In this document: positions 61,337-64,000 of the stretch, piece after piece
Layout of the letters: each line of letters begins with the position of its first letter
How positions within the stretch are numbered: the stretch's first letter is position 1
Assembly (NCBI GenBank): GCA_035275585.1
Contig: DATEML010000013.1
Location: 47,983-111,982 of the forward strand
Reading direction: 5' to 3'
Length of the DNA stretch: 64,000 nt
Origin: Steroidobacteraceae bacterium
GTDB lineage: Bacteria; Pseudomonadota; Gammaproteobacteria; Steroidobacterales; Steroidobacteraceae
Program-made: the position numbers and the translations under genes
Notes under the pieces: model-generated
What the model saw: only the letters and a program-made list of their open reading frames with translations
Told to the model about the DNA's origin: nothing
The model's database searches: none

Positions 61337-62961
61337 CCGGCCTCCTTCAGTGGTATCGCGAATACGGCGCCGTGTGCGGGCAATCGCAATCGGCCGCGCA
61401 CGAGCTCTCCTTCGAGAAGTCCCGGACTGCCGATCTGGCGCCAGTCCTCGAACCCGGACGCGCGTGCATCCACTGCGTCCGCGGACAAATTGAATGCCGC
61501 CAGGATTTTTTCGTCGCCGTAGGTGCGCTCGAATGCAAACACCGATTCGGCGATGGTGAGCAGACGAATGTCTCCCCACATCAGTGCGGGCACCTTCTTA
61601 CGCCAGCGCACGAAGGCGCGAAATGCATTCAACGTCGAATGCCGGTCGGCGTCCTGGCGCGCCACGCACATGGCGCGGTGTTCCTGCGGCACGGGCAGCC
61701 ACGGCGTTGCAGCGCTGAAACCGCCGTGTTCAATGTCATCCCAGGGCATCGGCGTGCGACAACCGTCGCGTCCCTTGAAGTTGGGCCAGAAGGCAATGCC
61801 ATAGGGATCGCGCAGCGCCTGGAGCGGCAAGTCCGCTTCGGGCAGTCCGAGCTCCTCGCCCTGATACAGGCACACCGAGCCACGCAGCGAACACAGCAGG
61901 GCCAGCAGTTGAATTGCGAGTGGCCGCGCTGGACGCACGCCGCCCCAACGCGTGACCACACGACGCACGTCGTGATTGGACAACGCCCAGCAGGGCCAAC
62001 CCTCCGACATGCGGCTTTCGAGCGTTGCGACCGTAGTGCGAATGTGCGCCGCAGAAGCGTCATCCGACAGCAGCTCAAAGCTGTACGCCATATGCAGGCG
62101 ATCGCCACTCGTGTATTCGGCCATCGTGGCGAGCGAGTCTTCCGAGGAGACCTCACCGAGCGCGACGGTCCCCGGGTAGTCATCCAGCAGCGCGCGCAGC
62201 TCGTTCAGGAATTGCAGATTCTCCGGCCGCGTGTTGTCGTGATGGTGGTACTGATAGGCATAGGGATTGTCGGGACTGAAGGCGCGCGCGATGCGCTGCT
62301 CCGCCGGTTTTGGCGGATTGTCACGCAGCAGCGGGTCGTGAAAACAGAAATTGATTGCGTCGAGCCGCAGACCATCGACACCTTTGTCGAGCCAGAATCG
62401 CAGGTTGTCGAGCACGGCCCGGCGCAGCTGCGGATCGTGAAAGTTCAGATCGGGTTGCGATGCGAGGAAGTTGTGCAGGTAGTACTGACGGCGGCGCGGC
62501 TCCCAGCGCCACGCCACGCCGCCGAAGATCGACAACCAGTTGTTGGGCGGCGTGCCGTCCTGCTTCGGGTCGGCCCACACGTACCAGTCGGACTTCGGAT
62601 TGTCGCGGCTCGCGCGGCTCTCCCTGAACCATGCGTGCTCATTGGAGGTGTGGCTCAATACCTGGTCGATGATGACTCTGAGGCCGAGACTGTGCGCCCG
62701 GGCCAGCAGGCGATCGAAATCGCCCATCGAGCCGAACATGGGATCGACGCTGCGATAGTCCGCCACGTCGTAGCCGAAGTCCGCCATCGGCGATTGGAAG
62801 AACGGCGCAATCCAGACCGCATCGACGCCGAGGTCGGCAACGTAGTCCAGCCGGTCGATGATGCCCTGCAGGTCGCCGATGCCATCGGCATTGCTGTCGC
62901 TGAAACTGCGCGGATAGATCTCGTAGATCAGCGCGCCGCGCCACCATGGCGGTTGCGTCAT
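61327..62961 (-). CDS. GH13 alpha-glucosidase
   Basis: WWRGALIYEIYPRSF, DQVLSHTS, QPDLN, GLRLDAIN, LGEV, SNHD, YQGEELG, GRDGCRTPMPW. Confidence 0.94.
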   Translation of the reverse strand: MTQPPWWRGALIYEIYPRSFSDSNADGIGDLQGIIDRLDYVADLGVDAVWIAPFFQSPMADFGYDVADYRSVDPMFGSMGDFDRLLARAHSLGLRVIIDQVLSHTSNEHAWFRESRASRDNPKSDWYVWADPKQDGTPPNNWLSIFGGVAWRWEPRRRQYYLHNFLASQPDLNFHDPQLRRAVLDNLRFWLDKGVDGLRLDAINFCFHDPLLRDNPPKPAEQRIARAFSPDNPYAYQYHHHDNTRPENLQFLNELRALLDDYPGTVALGEVSSEDSLATMAEYTSGDRLHMAYSFELLSDDASAAHIRTTVATLESRMSEGWPCWALSNHDVRRVVTRWGGVRPARPLAIQLLALLCSLRGSVCLYQGEELGLPEADLPLQALRDPYGIAFWPNFKGRDGCRTPMPWDDIEHGGFSAATPWLPVPQEHRAMCVARQDADRHSTLNAFRAFVRWRKKVPALMWGDIRLLTIAESVFAFERTYGDEKILAAFNLSADAVDARASGFEDWRQIGSPGLLEGELVRGRLRLPAHGAVFAIPLKEAGCA

Positions 62962-63022
62962 GTTCTCGTTCCCCGTGGCCGGCGTGCAGCTTAACGGCAG
63001 CGCCTATCGGGCAACGAGAGCT

Positions 63023-63036
63023 TGCATACGTATTCA
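63023..63036. promoter_or_regulatory. LacI-type operator, copy 2
   Basis: TTGCATACGTATTCAA, upstream of the alpha-glucosidase. Confidence 0.8.
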
Positions 63037-63049
63037 ATGCCGGAAGACT

Positions 63050-64000
63050 TCACCCGCACGAGCGGCGAATGACCAGGCGGGTCGGCAGGACCTTGTTCTC
63101 GGCGGGCTCGCCGTGCACCGAGCGCAGCAGACTGTCGACCAGCGTCTCGCCGGCGAGCCGCGTGTCCTGCATGACGGTCGTCAGCGGCGGATTCGCGAGA
63201 CTCGCGGCGGGAATGTCGTCGAAGCCGACGACGGAGACCGTGCCGGGCACATCGATGCGACGCTCCTGCAATGCTCGCAGCGCACCGATCGCGATCAGAT
63301 CGCTCGCAGCGACGATCGCATCGAAAGGCTCGCCGCGCGCGAGCAACTCGCACGCGGCCTCGTAACCCGATTGCTCCATCGTGATGGCGTCGACCTGCAG
63401 CGCCGGCGACGCGCTCGCGCCAGCTGCAGCGAGCGCCTCGATGTAGCCGCGATAGCGCTCGAGGAATTCCGGATAGTGACCCGAGGCACTGCCGAGGAAC
63501 GCGATTCTGCGGCGGCCGAGACCGAGCAGCCGCTGGGTCGCCTCGCGTCCGCCATGAAAATTGTCGCAACCGACCGAGAGGCCGGGCTGACCTTCCAGCA
63601 CCGCGCCCCAGCGCACGAAATGCGTGCCCTGCCGGACCAGCTGCTCCAGGCGCAAGCGATACTCGAGGTAGTCGCCGTAGCCAAGCAGGATGATGCCGTC
63701 CGCTTTGCGGCTGTCCTCGTAGTCGACGTGCCAGTTGCCCGACTGCTGCTGGAAAGACACCAGCAGATCGTAGCCGCGCTGCGCGCAGGCGCGCGTGATC
63801 GAGCCGAGCATCGCGAGGAAGAACGGGTTGATCTGCGAATCGTCGGGCGTGGGATCTTCGAACAGCAGCAGCGCCAGCGTATTGGAGTGCTGGCACCGCA
63901 GGTTCGACGCGTTCTTGTCGACCTTGTAGTTCAGCTGCTGCGCGATCGACTCGATGCGCCGCCGCGTTTCCTCGCTGACCATCGGGCTGCCGCGCAAAGC
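63050..64000 (-). CDS. LacI family repressor (MalI/MalR-like), 5' truncated by the window edge
   Basis: ALRGSPMVSEETRRRI..YKVDKNASNLR; DGIILLG; VGCDN; VSVVGFDD; PPLTTV. Confidence 0.93.
   Translation of the reverse strand, partial: ALRGSPMVSEETRRRIESIAQQLNYKVDKNASNLRCQHSNTLALLLFEDPTPDDSQINPFFLAMLGSITRACAQRGYDLLVSFQQQSGNWHVDYEDSRKADGIILLGYGDYLEYRLRLEQLVRQGTHFVRWGAVLEGQPGLSVGCDNFHGGREATQRLLGLGRRRIAFLGSASGHYPEFLERYRGYIEALAAAGASASPALQVDAITMEQSGYEAACELLARGEPFDAIVAASDLIAIGALRALQERRIDVPGTVSVVGFDDIPAASLANPPLTTVMQDTRLAGETLVDSLLRSVHGEPAENKVLPTRLVIRRSCG

Noticed and set aside
1-64000. CRISPR arrays, tRNA, rRNA, riboswitches, prophage or defence genes
   Set aside because: No regularly spaced repeats, cloverleaf or rRNA-like tracts, or recognisable phage or defence motifs were seen; small structured RNAs cannot be excluded without an Infernal/Rfam scan.

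Overview
A GC-rich, probably gammaproteobacterial (Steroidobacteraceae-like; inferred from gene content only) chromosomal window with about 60 CDS and no rRNA, tRNA, CRISPR array or intact transposase seen. Left to right it holds: (1) an anthraniloyl/salicylyl-CoA monooxygenase (abmA-type) aromatic catabolic operon with a near-consensus, apparently leaderless promoter; (2) a run of orphan envelope genes, one bracketed by integron attC-like half sites; (3) peptidases, hydrolases and several two-component systems, including a CpxRA/CpxP-like trio with matching operator boxes; (4) a GMC sugar dehydrogenase pair and a crotonase plus acyl-CoA dehydrogenase pair; (5) a LytS/LytTR system followed by a tandemly duplicated [AraC + TonB-dependent receptor] module, where the cis-elements of a two-tier cascade can be read from the sequence; (6) a LacI-controlled maltodextrin/starch utilisation locus (TBDR, halogenase-like protein, MFS, three GH13, GH97) interrupted by a five-gene module (Cys-rich NitT/TauT ABC transporter + SCO copper chaperone + cupredoxin-like protein with a His-to-Gln change). 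The best candidates for undescribed systems are that ABC/SCO/cupredoxin module and the LytTR-AraC-TBDR cascade. Three decayed genes and a small REP-like palindrome family are also present. All family assignments are by eye from motifs; no database search was run.
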